Origin: Haplodiscus bocki | Taxonomy: Eukaryota | Direction of reading: 5' to 3' | Length of the DNA: 64,000 nucleotides | Assembly (NCBI GenBank): GCA_965655095.1 | Contig: OZ296648.1 | Span: 146,692,001-146,756,000 of the forward strand | Shown here: piece by piece, positions 26,301 to 40,100 of the stretch | Numbering within the stretch: position 1 is the stretch's first letter | Layout: each line of letters starts with the position of its first letter | Notes under the pieces: generated by a model | What the model saw: the letters and a program-made list of their open reading frames with translations, nothing else | What the model was told of the DNA's origin: nothing | Database searches by the model: none | Translations under genes and position numbers: made by a program

Positions 26301-28463
26301 AGAACGGGGTAAGTTTGAAAGAAAAAGAGACGTAATAACTGCGCCTTTGGTTGTTTTCTTTCTATGACTTCTTCAACACAATGATAACAAATGAAAATGA
26401 TCATTATGTTTGCCTTCAACAGGAGATAGGTTGTTGGAAGGCACAATGGTGGAAGAGATCCGGACGCCAGTCTTGGAAAAATTAAATCTTGAACACCCAG
26501 AAGAAAAACAAAACAAAGTGAGTTTTGGGTCTATGAAGAGTGCAATCCAAAGAACACCACGTATCATGTTTTCACTCAATACTCTTTTATGAAAAAAATA
26601 TTGTCGAAAAAAGCTTACTGAAAAATTTTTCAGATAGTTTATTTGTCGGTTCAGTTTTTTCGGCTGATGATTGATTTAATTCAAAGTTTTATGTACTTTT
26701 TGGTTTTTTTTAAGAATTCGCGGAAACAATTGGAAACGCAAGCCGGAATACTTTGATATTGCTCCTAAAAGTTCATGTTTGAAAAGTTCTTACAGAAAAA
26801 GATTCAGTAAGGCATCAAACTCTCTTTGCCGTGAAAAAGATGAGCATTTTCTTCTAAAAGTTGATCAGAAAAAACGTTCTGAAAACTTTGGTGACAGTGG
26901 GTATGCCTTGGTACTTTCGTTAGCAGAAATCATCTATTTTACTGAACCCATCTCTTCTAATGAACCACTGCTCTGAAAATGGAATGTAGGGCGCTAATTT
27001 TTCAGTACAAAGAATTGTATGGGAGAGCCACACAAAGTCGCAGATCAGATAGACGAAGAATTCTAAAAACTGATTGCAACTGGTCAGTTTTAACGGCAAA
27101 AAATCCGTGTTTTTTTAAACCCGTGATTCACGGAAGATCATCCAAGATTCGAGCAAAAAACAAGTCACTATCAGGGAAGAATACTCGCACTGGCCTGCTT
27201 TGAGTCTTGGATTTAAAAAAATACACTGAATTTTTGCACAAAAATTTAACCGATTTCGATCAGTTTAAAACAATTTTCCTCTCTACTGATTTGCTTTTCG
27301 GTGAACATGAGAAATTACACTTCATATGTTTTTTCAAGCTAAAATTTGTGCTAAATATGAAAACGTTTTTTGGATAGACCAGTTTCATTATACTATTACT
27401 ATTTCACTTGACAGAACATCATCATTTTGATGTGGGAATTTTTGAAGAAATTATTCAATTGTTTGGTCAACCAATAACGACGAAGAAATGCAAGAGTGTG
27501 GATTGATTCGAAAGATCTGTTTAGGCCACTGAATACCATGGGATCTCAGGCTAAACTTTAAAAAGTTTCCAAGTTTGGCGGAAAACTAATTGAAACCGAT
27601 GAAAGGAATTGAAATATAAAGTAATGGTCGATTCAGTAGTTTGCAAAATCCAAGTGTTTACACAATATTTTGGGACAATATTAGGTCGTTATTGTAAAAG
27701 AAAGCTCTAGGAGAGCCCAACTACATGTGGTGGAAATCCAGCACGAAGCCCGGGACCACGAAAAATTCCATGCGTGCTGTATACGTATTCAGTACTTAAC
27801 CTCAAGTTCATGCGTGCGTGACGAATCCACTCACAATCGGTTCTTAAAAACCAATAACTCAGACTAGATTATTAGTCTAAACCCGAACTCATCTGGGTGA
27901 AAAACTTGCTCTTCTCTAAAACTTAAGGCTTGTGCATTCTGGATACAAAAAACAAAAGATACTGCAACATTCCCAGACACAAATAACCCGATGTTCAAAA
28001 AAAAGGCGTCGTTTATTTCTTTGATGCACTAAGATGTCTCGGCAGTGGTTTTTTCCTTATCTTTTTTTGTCTGAATGTTTGTTGGAGATTCAATCTTGGA
28101 TTGATGGCGACCAAGTTGTGAGACCGTCATCAAGGTCACTTCGAAGTGTTGATGACATCCACGCAAATGCAGTCGAAATGTCAATCAAAACTTTTGGAGT
28201 CCGTTGCTCCCAATCATATCACCCCAAGGGTTTCCTCAGCAATGTCTTCCATCCTTATGACAATAGGTTCCACAGATTATCTTCATATTCTTGTCACCTT
28301 AGGTTGCCAGATCACATTTTAAGAGGGAGATTGTGAAAGGTGGTGTCACACCAAGTGTGTTCTTTTTGTTTATTTCGAGCTAGAGATTCTGCATGTGCTT
28401 GGAAACACGAAAAAACTAGAGATTAGTTGCGAGGAAATTTTTTACATGACGCAGGCTTGGGTT
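20333..28463. repeat. Head-to-tail tandem array, 2435-bp unit x 3.34, near-identical copies
   Basis: Identical ORFs recur at 20729, 23164, 25599 and 28034 (spacing 2435). Units start AGTTTGCAAAATCC at 20333, 22768, 25203 and 27638; the array ends at GCTTGGGTT (28463). Confidence 0.98.
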
Positions 28464-29499
28464 CTGTCAGTGGAAAAGTGTTGAGTTTACTTGAAAATCA
28501 AACTTTCAACGGATTCACCATAACGTACGAAGGTTTACAGCCTCAGATGGAGATGAATGCTTCAACTGCTACATAATGTGAAATCATGAAGAATGATGGC
28601 GCCTTCGTCGTTTACTTTTCATTTTTTCCTAATTGCTCTTTCTATGTGAGTTTTTGTAAATTTTCTTTCGTTTTCTTTGTTTCTTCTGCTTTCCGCCTGA
28701 AGCTCGAAGATTTTATATCCGAAACACCGTCATCACAAAAATGATAGTGAAAATCTAATTGAACAACATAAAAAAGTAAGAGTCGATTCGACAATGGCAG
28801 ATCGTTTCTTAATGAGAAATAAAAACTTCTCTTTACATCATGAAAGATTACCGAACGTCAAAGATATGAACCAAAAAAAAACACGGTGTATAAAAGATGA
28901 AGCTCACTGTTATCTAAACTTGCTGTTGGCTCGAGTTAGAGGGGCATGAAGTTGCTTGACTTCACTGTAAAACTAAGCAACAAACTAAAATCGGTGTGGT
29001 CCGGGAACAAACTTTATGCAAATCGAAATTATTGGCAGGTAGAACTGCTGTCGGGTACAATAAATGCAACACGCCATGCTCACCTGAAACTTTTCAGCTG
29101 ATAGACTGGAGGAGATTCTGTTCTTAGATGGTTTTGAGTTCGATCAATTAGTTGACGGTGATGACTGAGCTGCAAACAGATGATCAGGAAGATTAAATAC
29201 GGACAAAGACATTACGGAAGGTGGCATTTGGAAGGCCGCGTTGTTTCAAATTTGCCGAGCGTTAAAAGTTGAGCGTCTCCTTTGGATCTTTTGGCCCCTA
29301 TTCGTCTCCGAATAATTCGCCATCCCACACTTCCTTTTCCGCACTTAAATAGACTCAGTCACTCTGTAAAGGAGAACCACGTACATTATTTTTCCCAAAA
29401 TAGTCCATGCATGCGTTGATGTCAGCCTGTCGTAATCTTACAACTTATATCGAAATCGCAAACCGGGAATTTGATTTAGTGCAATTCCATCATCTGTGT

Positions 29500-30500
29500 C
29501 TCCAGCTCTTCCAAATACAACGCAATATCTTCTTTTAAACGTGCAATATCTTCTATGGAACGTTGGCTCAGAGATGCCGCTGTAATTATCAGTTAAAAAA
29601 CATGGCTGAAGTGACTTCCAGTATGTTGCAAGTCACAGTGGACATCTTTTCCTCCATTTCTTTAAATACTGACTTCGTTCTTCTAGATTTGTATCCGAGT
29701 TTGGCATAGGCACCTATGTTTTCTATGTTTTTCGGACCTAAAAAATGTCAGCGTTTTCAATTCCAATTGACTTTTCTGTGGTAATTTTGTTTCTTGCACT
29801 GATGAATTCAAAACTTTTTCCCATGTCTGGTGGATTCAACGGTTCTGAAGTTTTTCGGTTATCCGAAACAGGTTTTGTTGTCAACACCATTTATTCTGAT
29901 TATTGCTCATTTTTCTCTGTTTAGCATGCATTGTACCTCACCATGTTCCAGGGCTCCATCAACAGAAAGATTGAAAGTCCTACAAAATCCAAACGTAATG
30001 GAAGATGACCTGTTGGCTTTGAGGAATATTTTAGGGTGTACCTCAAATGAAAAATTACTCCGTTCTCGCAAAGTCGGACAGGCATGGAGCCAGCCACCCT
30101 TCGAGAAGGTTTGACAAAAGCGCTTTCGTGAAGTCTCTCTGAGATTCCCGGATTCAAAAGTTCTTGATTGTTCAAGGAGGTGATCCAGGTCCCACAAATT
30201 CACTCTAGTTTAAATGTTTCTACCAACAATCCTAACTTATCAAATTTTTCCGGTAGTTCTTTTTCGCTGGTCTGCTGTAAAAAAGTTCGATCAAGAGCCA
30301 TCTTATCAATTTTGCTTTGGGTTTCGAAGGATGCAAATGTGTCCAGACCGTAGTCGAGTCCAGTGCCAAACTGGTTGTCTTCCTTGAAATTGGTGAGACC
30401 CACAAAGAGCAACTGAGTATTGCACATTGCCTGTGGGACTTCTTGCTGCGATTTAGTTGGCTGTTTGTGAAGGCTTTGGTAAATCATTTGCGCACTATAT
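29500..30500 (-). pseudogene. gag: Gypsy gag remnant
   Basis: ORFs 30200-30487 and 29907-30203 give capsid-like fragments (RKRFCQTFSKG; LSVDGALEH). Cys/His knuckle remnants at 29540-29650 (PTFHRRYC). Confidence 0.5.
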
Positions 30501-31399
30501 TAGAGTGTAATCAGATGCTGTTTTGCTTTCGCTTCCTGGCGGATCCTTTTTGAAGATAAAAGTACCGTTTTGCTGGCTTGTGGACTTCCAAAGGTGTGTT
30601 CCTAGGCAAAGACGGTGAAGATTGTTGATGGTTAAGGGTGTCCTTATTTACACGTCTTGCATGATGTAGGGTCTTATTATCGAGAACCAAGATGATCGTA
30701 GCCAATGTATCTCAATTGCCAGAGAAATGAATCATAGGTGATCTACAAACTTTTCTCATATGACTTTTTGATGATTATGAAAGACCAAAAGTTGAACGCG
30801 GTACTTTTTTGCGTGATGTTGATTTTCGTTCGTTAGTGCCTACATGTGTTCTATCACTAGCGGGATGGTACTTCTTGGGGGATCAGAATGCTCAGTAGTT
30901 CCATGAAGCGTCTTAAATTGTTTAAACGGTACTATTGGTTGCCTTGTTTGTCTGTGAAATCAAATTGTTGATCCTCAGGAGGAAGAGCAGTCTCCTCTGT
31001 TGGCAAAACATTTCACTCACCTACTCCAGGGAATTTGAATTATCAGTGAAAAGGTCACTGGGTCACGGCAAAGAGCAGGTGGGTCTCTTTCAAGCGTGAT
31101 GGAATTTGAAAAACGTGTGTCACCTTCCGTGGTTTCCCATGGCTTAAAACTATCACAGATGTCAGAATATTTGTTTTTTTCAGCTCGGTAGATATTATCT
31201 GGATGTCAGTCTTGGCAGTTCCTAAACGGCAATGTCAGTAGTGCAATGTTCGCCCTCTCTCAGCTCATCGTGGTCGATGGCCTCCGCTGAACCTTCCAGT
31301 GAGAGATCAGAGACAACTCTTCCTCCAGAAATCTTCTCGTCAGCAGTCGTTTAATAGGGTCGCCACTGTTTGGCTTGAGACGTTTGGGATGGGTTTTGC

Positions 31400-33540
31400 A
31401 GACCTCCCATTAATTTTACTTTCCTTCTTTCATAACGTTTTTGAAATCAATTGATTCAAACCAGGCAAGCAAGAGTCTGTCGGAACCTCCTTTTGGGATC
31501 ACTCGACAAAAAACCCCAAGCTTATCTCACCCCATTCGGAAATTTTCAACTTTTGAGCGATTGTCGAACTGTCGGTTCTAGCGTAACTGTGATTGACGAA
31601 AGTTTGATATTGCCATTTTCTGTACTTGTTGTTGTTTTAGTATCAACTCCTTGTCACGCGCTAAATGTTAACTGAACTCCTCAGCAGCGACAAAAATCGT
31701 TTAAGATGACTAAGTTGGATGAACTCCTGCTGTCCTGCTGTCCGGTCATTAACATGGGAGGCGAGAATCCGGTCGTTGTATGACTGGTGGGTAGGAAGCT
31801 CCAAAAACATTAATGTACAGTACCAACTATTCTCCAAATGCAGCATTTTCAAGTCAAGCTCGGAAATGTTCCGCTTGTTTGATTCAACAATGCAGTTGCT
31901 TCTATATGGTTCCCAGTCGGAAACAAGGACTATTCTGGGAAAAGTTTTTGAATTTTTTTCCGGCATTTCCACGATACATTGTATCCCGCCATACTTTTGT
32001 CTGTTGGATGGATTAGTGGGCCGTTTGAACCACTTCGTTAGCACCTGGTGTAGAGATACGAGCAAAAACTTTGCAAACTGTTCTGTAATGACCAGAATTT
32101 CGCTATGAACACATTCGGATTCGCAAATGATCAGAGGATATACTCGCTATAAGTCTGCAAAAATTCTATCAGCCAAGTTCTTTAGGTGATGCTTCTGGCC
32201 TCAGTTCGCCCCTCGTTTTCCTTTCAAAAAGGCAATCAACCGTTGTACTGAGCGTTGAATAACTGGAAAGTCACAGTGTGTCCGGAACTGAGTCACTACT
32301 TTGCTGCGACTACAGCGTCCAATTCGTCATCATACCGTCGTATGAAGTCCAATTAGGAACACATTCCTAAATGCGGATGCGACCTGATTCTTCAATAATG
32401 GACGTCCCCACAAGATCCCTTGTTCGTTCACGAAACCTTTTGGCTATTGTAGGAACTGTGACAACATAGTGATAGGTAAATCACCAGTTGTTGTATGCAA
32501 GTCCAATGCAAGTCCAAAATGTCCCTGGTTTGCGTAGCTACACAATCCGAAATTTTGTTGACTGCTTTGGGGTCGGGTGACATACAGTCAAGCGTTACGA
32601 TTCTTCTAATTTCATTTGGTTACTTTTTCATGAATTTTCACTTCAACCCGGTTTTCTGACGGAATAGGAAACTTTTTTTTCGTTTGAAAAAATCTTTGAC
32701 AACATCGGTGGCACTGACGATGTTATCAGCAAACACATCATCATTGTGCCCTTTCGTTGCTCTATTGAGGCTATAATTTTGTTCCAAAGCCCCCGAATTG
32801 TTGTGTCTTTGTGTAACCACACGGCATCCTCCTCCACTCCAAAAGAGGAAATTCAGAAGCAAAGGCTGCTTTTTGGCCGTCTTTGCGATTTAGTGGTATC
32901 TGCAGGACACCAGATGCATGATCCAATGACGTTGTACTGGGTTATATGAAAGTGCTGACTTTCACCTCAAAACGTGGCTTCCTGATCGTTCGACTTTTTG
33001 GTTGACGTCATCCAGGTCTGGTCCGAATGAGCTCAAAGTGGCCTTCTAGCTCTAGAAAACTGTGTCAATATCCAATCAGGGATAAAAAGAGCAAAAAATG
33101 CCACTGGAGCATTTATGGATCTGCGAGGTTACTGGCTGTTAAATCATTCCCAATCAAGTAATTTTCCCTGCTTTGGTTCCATGTTTTTCAGGTGAGAACT
33201 GATTGGGCTGATTTTTTCAAGGAAAGTGGCCTATTAAAACTTGAAACTGCTCCGGTGCTCCATTGTTGCGCATTTGCACTATCCAATGTCTTCTTGTGTG
33301 GGGCTTATCATTGTTTCAAAAGTGCTCCAGAACAAGCTAATTTCAACTGCTTTTGAGAAAGAGCGGTTTATGAGAGGGCATTTCTGAGCTGGATGTAGGT
33401 TTTTAGCTACTTCCAGAGTTGGCAAAAAAAGTGCATGCAAAAACGATTGGCCAATATCATGGTCCTGATACCAAAAGCAAACTTTTTCTAAGGAACACTG
33501 AAAAGGCCAAAACATAGTTCCTATGAACAACAATCAGTTT
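31400..33540 (-). mobile_element. Two juxtaposed decayed Gypsy integrase fragments
   Basis: First (32640-33540): LEKVCFWY zinc-finger segment and PL*AHSDQ (~33030-33005; cf. PxxIHSDQG). Second (31600-32630): ILVITEQFAKF core start, and WEPYR...LSHLKRF (GPY/F domain) in ORF 31661-32065. Confidence 0.65.
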
Positions 33541-34299
33541 TGAAAATTTTTTTTTGGTAGTTTTTTCTCAGTTTCTTGCTGATGGTGAGCAAGAGACGTT
33601 CCAAAGCTTGTTTTACGCGATTGTACGAGACCTTACGTGATGTACTGACAAAGTTTTCCGATCCAATGTTTCGTTTTTTCTTCAGTCCTTTTCTCTACAA
33701 TTTTCACGGTTTTCAACTATTTTCTCTGTCATGCTGTATTCTATTGCCCTTTTCTTTTTCTGATGTATTCAACAAACTAAAACTTTGTAATGAAATGAAT
33801 ACAGCCCAATTGGACGCTTCAAAGGAACCCACTTTCCGTGCGAAGCAGCGGACTGGAAGGACACCCATAGACACAAATTCCAAGCAGAAGTTTTAGAGAA
33901 ATGGTGTAAACGGAACGCAATAGAGGATTTGCTATTAGGTGGGCCTAAAGATTCCGTTAGAAACTACCCTGGATGATGTTACGGCTCAAAAAATTTCTAC
34001 TGACGAAAAAGGTCTTTGATGAAAAAATGTTCAAAACTTACGTTAAACCGGTCGTTCGAGGCTGTTCAGCAGGGTTCCACTTGGGTTGTTCAGCGGGGTT
34101 GTTCCAATTTAACAATTACTGGAAATTATTTGGAAAGTTTCATGTTGATAAGCCCGCAAAAAATACTATTCTGAGACAAAACTGACGAAAAGCAGCCAAA
34201 TTTCACCGGCATTTTGAGGAAAAACGTCGAACATCACTTTTTCCTGTTGTTTTTGTTTGTCTCGAAAACCTCGTTTCTCTCTTTTTTTTTCTCCTCAAA

Positions 34300-35480
34300 A
34301 AAACTAGCTTGAAGTTTTCATCAGCCTCTCAATGGAAAACTTCCAACTTGTGGCAGACCATGCAAGTGAAAAGGTTTCGATTCTGTTCTTTGCAACAGAC
34401 ACCTAATGAGGCCAAATTTTTACAAAATGTTCCCAATTTTGATTCATATCGATAATCCAACCCATGTTTGTTCTCAACTACAAATATGATTCCCTCGAGC
34501 AGGTTTTCAATCGCAAGTTTCACACTTGTACCGGATGACTCTACTGGTAGAACATATACTTTGGTACTTTAAAAAAGAGCTCGGTTTTCCTGAAACTTCA
34601 AAATCTTTTATTGTTGCCTTAACCCATTCTTCACACTGAAAGTTTTCTGTAACAGCAGATTTGCTTTATTCCATCAAGGTCTGAATCGAAAACCTAAAAT
34701 TTTCTCGGAGAACATTTGATAGAGAAAACAATTATTTTGATCCTTGGATCAGAAGCCTAAGAGTCCAAAGTTTCCAAAAAGTGTTTTTGAGCGTCATTCA
34801 TCTTGTTCCTCGAACTCTTGTTTCTCCGTAACTGAGGGTTTGATTTTTCCATCAAGATCTCAATCGAGGACTTCACTTTTCTACTGGATAATTGGATTGA
34901 AAAACCAATCACTTTGATGCTTGCATCAGAATCTCTATAGTCCGAAAACGTTAGAACTGCTATCATGATAAATTTTTAATTATTGATTATCCCTTTACTC
35001 AAGCTCGTCTTTTCCCTAACTACTGGTTTCAGTTCATACTTCAAGATCTGTAGCGAAAAATTTTCCCAGGAAGAGCAGGATTCGATATAAAATTCTTTCA
35101 ATGTTTTCCCGGCATATAATATTTGAACTGTAGAGGAGATCTAGCTTGAAAATTCATTGCTTTTCTTCATTGCCTCCGAATCTTGGTAGAACAGAAATTC
35201 TAAAACGTGCTATTGAAAGTGAGTACTCGCCACTTTTGAACCCATTTTCTTCCGTAACTGGAAATTTGATTTCTTGTTTGACGGAATCAGTTGAAAACAT
35301 TACGCTTGTTGAGGTGAATTTGATTGCAAAGTCAGTCGTTTTGGTCTTTGCATCAAAATCTTGAAAGTCCAAAACTTCCAAAAGTGCTTTAATAATGATT
35401 TATTTTGATGTTCACGATCAACCAGCTCCATCACTACAACTTTGATATCTTTCAGCAGGGTCTCCAGCAAAAACTTTATA
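34300..35480. repeat. Degenerate ~178-bp satellite, block 1
   Basis: Anchor CCATCAAG(G/A)TCT at 34671 and 34849 (178 apart); weaker copies near 34320, 34495, 35040 and 35452. Confidence 0.6.
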
Positions 35481-35499
35481 CTTGTAGGGGAAGAGTCGA

Positions 35500-36636
35500 A
35501 AAAAAACGTTTTTTCGCTCCTTGGTTAAGATTCCGGCAAAACAGCGACTCCGAAAGGTGATTTTTTTAAAGCCTCATCCGGAGATTTAGATTTTTTTCCC
35601 ATATGGTTTACTCGTGGGTGTTTTTCATTTGGCCTGCTTGTCCTTGTGGTTTGAAAACGAAATTCACTTTTGAACTTACATGTTTTTCAAACACAAAATT
35701 GCTTCAAGAATGGAACAAACCTGGTCAGAAAATTCAAGTCTTTCTTTCTTGGCAGATAAATCTCAGGTGGATACTTTATCCATACGAAAATCAGAATACT
35801 TTCAGAGCAGCCAGAGTTTTTTGTTTCTCGTCAGTGCGCTATCTATAATAGGCCGAAAAAAATTGATGTGTCATATTCAAAAACATGGCATGTCAAGAAC
35901 GAACTTCTTGGTGTCGGGCGGGTAACACGCGATGGCCAGAGGTGCTACTGTCGGGAACCTAAATGATCCCGGTTCTTCACTGTAAGGCGACTGGTGCTGG
36001 CGTCTGGGGCGTCGGTAACTTGCCGTCGTAGATTCCGTAGTCCAATTGTTTGGGATTAAGCGGTCTATCATCTCGGTGAGGACGGAGATTTGTGCATGCA
36101 GAGACTCAGGGCTAGTTTTTATCCTCTCATCTACTAACTGTGGAGAGAATTTCTTCTCTCTTCACTGCTTTCAGTCATTCCCGTTTCTGCTTCTGCTGTG
36201 TTTTCATCTCCGTGCATCGACATTTTAGGTTCCATTCTCAAGTTGTACGAATTTCCATTTTTTAACGATTTAAACTTGCAAGAAAAGCTTATACAACCGG
36301 CAAGAGGTGAATTAGAACTTGGGCCCACACATTTGTTGAGATAGTATGGCTTTTAAAGTTTATAAAAGCAAAATTAGGTCTTGACGTAAAACGAGTTATC
36401 AAAAATACAGGGCGCTGTTGGTTGTGAGAATCGTTTTAACATTTCTGGCTGGCACGTGGTCTCCTCAGTGGTTATCTCGCTTCTGCTGGTTGTAAACTAC
36501 TAACTCTTTGCCGTCGGATTTACGTGACCGGTGTTAAGATGCAAATTTTGCCATCGGTGAGCACCTATTGGTTCTCTGGCCTAGGTGCTAATTAGTTAAA
36601 TACTGCCTGACGCGCAAATCCACTGTTAGAGCGACA
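35500..36636 (-). mobile_element. 5' LTR (36334-36636), PBS-like site and decayed gag start
   Basis: Termini TGTTG...CGACA (imperfect inverted). On the minus strand the LTR end CTCAACA is followed by AATGTGTGGGCCC (PBS-like), then low-complexity gag-like ORF pieces (35877-36071). Confidence 0.55.
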
Positions 36637-36699
36637 AAACATGAAATTTATGCAGATTTAAACACCATTTGTGCATAAATTAAATATGGTGCAAGTAAT

Positions 36700-37592
36700 C
36701 TCTGAATTTTTGAAATAAGGCTAACTATGATGTAGCAAGGTACATGGTTTCAGATACTCTTTGGTGGGTGTTTTAGGGCATTTTCCGATATACATTGGAA
36801 GTTGTCTGTATCTCTGATGTATCAGCTAACTCGGTCTTAGTACACTTTAAGATGGCTATTAGTCGCCTGGGACATCTGAATGTGTCTAAGTACTGATAGG
36901 TCAAGTTATTCATTGAGCAGACATCGGAAAAAGTCTGCTTACATGTATTTAATTATTCAGAACGTTTTAGTTTAAAATCAAGTCCTCAGACATCGGAAAA
37001 TGTCTGAGATCTGGTGCAAGCTGCTCCCTCCACCGAAACCGACATGTGTTGTCTAGGGTATACACGTGTGTTTTCTATTCATCGGTTTCTGTCAGCCGTT
37101 CAGCTGCGGAGTAAAAGTCTAACATTTTCCATCCTGCAAGGATGGAAATCGATTTAAATCTCTACTTTCTACCAAATCCATTCTGATTTTGTCTTATATA
37201 CTGCCGTATCTCTCTCTAATTGAGAGTCTCGGTGTACGCTGAAAGCAGAATGGATTTCGGACTAAAAACATCGGAAGGGATGTTTTCCGATGTGGTGCAG
37301 ATTCAGCTCAATACAATTCAATATCGTCAATTTACTGCATTACAGAGGGCACATGTAATTATTGCAGACTTTCGGCCGAAGCTTACCGGTGTCTTCTAGT
37401 CCCTTAATGTGTATTTCCACCTTTGAGTTTCAGTCAGAATCTAGCAGCTTCGAATCTGTATTATATTGTCATTTCTGCACTATTGGTTTTGATGTTGGGT
37501 AACAGCTAAATTATAATATGCTCAGCGATACTTCGTTTTACACACTACATAGCATTTTGTTTTATATAATACATAGTCGCGTTCAACCCGGG
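36700..37592. mobile_element. Decayed CCCGGG-terminus DNA element fragment
   Basis: Ends in TTCAACCCGGG (37582-37592). Internal motif ACATCGGAA at ~36921, 36990 and 37268, and inverted (TTTTCCGAT) at 36781 and 37283. Confidence 0.45.
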
Positions 37593-38949
37593 GGAAGGGA
37601 AGTGATGTGACATGCTCGCGTTTATTCCTTTTTGGCTACAGAAATGCATTAAGATCTTAATCTCTATAGTTAGCTTCATACATATAGCACATAGTCGTAG
37701 TTTTAGGGATATGTAGATAACTCAGTATTTCTCTCATGCTGGCATGGCACAAAGACATTGTTGTTCACTTTTCCCGACAAATGTTTCAAGAAAAAGACAA
37801 ATACCCAACAAAAGTTTCAAAATTGTCGCTTTTAATCGTTTACAAAACACCAATATAATCTGATCACGGAACAAAATGCAAGTTTAGACAAGATTTAAAA
37901 ATTGGGCAGAGGTTTCCTGACAGTCCGGTTGCAAGGCGCATTCTTCCTTTTAGAGTCAAAAAAAGTAAAAAAAAGTAAAAAAAATTTCACACCAATTTAC
38001 AGAAAGCTCAAAAAAAATTATAGTAAAAAACGTTCATTGTTAAATTATTCATATTTACCAAGTTAATTAGCAATATACTAATCAAATAGCACCAGATAAT
38101 ATAACCTCTACTAAACGAATATAAATTCAATGTTTCGTGGCAAGTAATTTTTAGACCCTTTCGAATCGGGTATAATTAAATTCTTTCAGTTTCTGCAAAA
38201 GTTTGCACTATAGCTCCCCATACAAAAAGTATCTAATTTTTCTCTTGATGCCCATTTGGATGAACCCAAAATTGAACAGGGGGACAACATCTGATTTTCA
38301 TATACATGATTTTTCTTTTTCGTCGTAATATGTTACGGGAAGGAAATCATTTCCTCGGTATGTAGATTTTTTTTTCTCTGATTTGCCAATTCTCACTGCG
38401 TCAACTGAGTAAGTTTCGAAAAAGAACTATTCTCTCGAAATGATCTTCCAGACACATAAATTTGCAGTTTTCACAACACTGCCGAGAATTTATCGCTCAC
38501 AGTCGGAAAAAAACATACGAATTTTGAGAACTCTCAACAAAATTTTGCCTCACAAAAACTTTTGCCCAGCACGTAGAATGCACTTTTGATAATATTCCAG
38601 AGAAAAATTTTGCTCAAAAATGCGAAAGGAAGGAAACTTGAAAAATTTTGAAACAAAAATTCGCTCTAAAACTTCTGTACACGTAAAATCTGGACATTTT
38701 TGACAATACCATATTCTTCAAAAAAGCAAAAAAAAATAAAAATCATCCTTAATAAAGGTATTTATAGCAATAAATCATTCAAGGTTTTTTCTGCTTTTCA
38801 GGTGCAATTTCGCTCGCTAATCTGGTTCCCCCTGAACCGAGGATAACAGAAAACTTTCCAAAAAGTTTTTGCTGGAACACCTAGCTGTTATTCTTGCATG
38901 CAGAAAGGAGAAAAAAGTTTTGATTTTCATGGGTTTTCTTTCTGACTTC

Positions 38950-40100
38950 TGTCCAAAACTAAATCAATCATTTCATTAGGGTCTCATTTGACAGCCTTTT
39001 ACCTGCAAACAACCGTCAAAAAAATCGACAACTCTTTTTTCTTGCATCGAATACATTATACGCCAAATCTGCCATAAAAAAATTTTTGATAAATAAAGAT
39101 CTAGGTACCCAAACTCAAAAATATCCAAAACTATCAGATTGACTTTTTCAATCAAGAATTCAATCGACACTTTTTCGTCTGAGGACCACTATTCAATAAA
39201 AAAAATCGATTTGTTTACTTCTGTTGAAATCCTCAGAGTGCAAAAACTGCTAAAAATGCAGTTAATCTTGACATGTCTCGACATTCAAATTCTTTTTTTT
39301 TTGCAAAACTAAAAGTATTACTTCTTCTATCCGAGTTTTAATTAATAGATATCTTATTGCGGAAGACTAGGACAAAAAACTATCATGTTTTTCCTGTTGT
39401 GCGAATCCTGATACTCGGAAGACAATGAAAAAATTGCCTCTAATATTGATATATTTCCACATTCCAACTCATTTTTGTGAAACACTACCTGCTCTATTTC
39501 TCCTCGAACAAACAATTTTTTACTGGAGACTCTTTTACAAAAAAAACATGGTTTTCTTACAGCGTCCGATATCTGACAGGCCAAAAAGCCACAATTTACT
39601 TATTATTTAGAGACCTCGGTTTTCAAACTCATAGTTCTCGAGTAGTATGAGCCTCAGTTCTTCCATCAAGGTATCAACAGACAACTCGTTACGTGAGGAT
39701 ATTTTTCTCAATGAAAATTCCGTGCTTTCTGATCTTTCTTTTCAAATCTTCATAGTCCAAAGACGCCAAAAAGTGATTTTCATTTTGATACCTCCAGATC
39801 TTCAAATTCGTGTTTCCCATAGCTCCTAATATGACTTCGTCCATGAAAGTATCAATTAACGGCTTTCTATTTGTTGAAGGGTCCTGGAAATGAAAATCAT
39901 TGGATTTTCAGCAAGCAACAGATTCTTCACGATAGACTGAAAATGCCGGAAATTGAAATTTTTCTGTTTTTGTTCATGTTCAAACTCATGTTTTTCTAAA
40001 GCTCTGAGTTCAATTTTTTCCAAAAAGGTCTCAACCGGCGGCTCTTCTATTAAACAGAAACACATAGTGAAAATTTTTTGTTGTAATTTCGATCAATTTT
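38950..40100. repeat. Degenerate ~178-bp satellite, block 2
   Basis: Anchors at 39663, 39841 and 40020 (178 and 179 apart); weaker ones upstream. Confidence 0.65.

Larger units (their letters stand above)
14100..30700 (-). mobile_element. Decayed env-bearing Ty3/Gypsy element (gag-PR-RT-RH-INT-env), split by the 2435-bp tandem array
   Basis: Domains occur in Gypsy order on the minus strand: gag (29500-30500), protease (EAYCLIGRDF ~20170-20200), RT (ORF 19221-19538), RNase H (ORF 18517-18699), integrase (17650-16600), env (16000-14100). Linking the gag part across the array is inference. LTRs not resolved. Confidence 0.7.

Noticed and set aside
20729-28336. Repeated 60-100-aa ORFs as real tandem genes
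   Set aside because: Their identity only reflects recent DNA duplication. They have no recognisable domains and overlap on both strands.
20333-28463. Helitron tandem array, or pure assembly artefact
   Set aside because: No 5'-TC / hairpin-CTRR-3' ends or AT target at the junctions. Copy-private substitutions argue against an artefactual duplication, although reads are needed to be sure.
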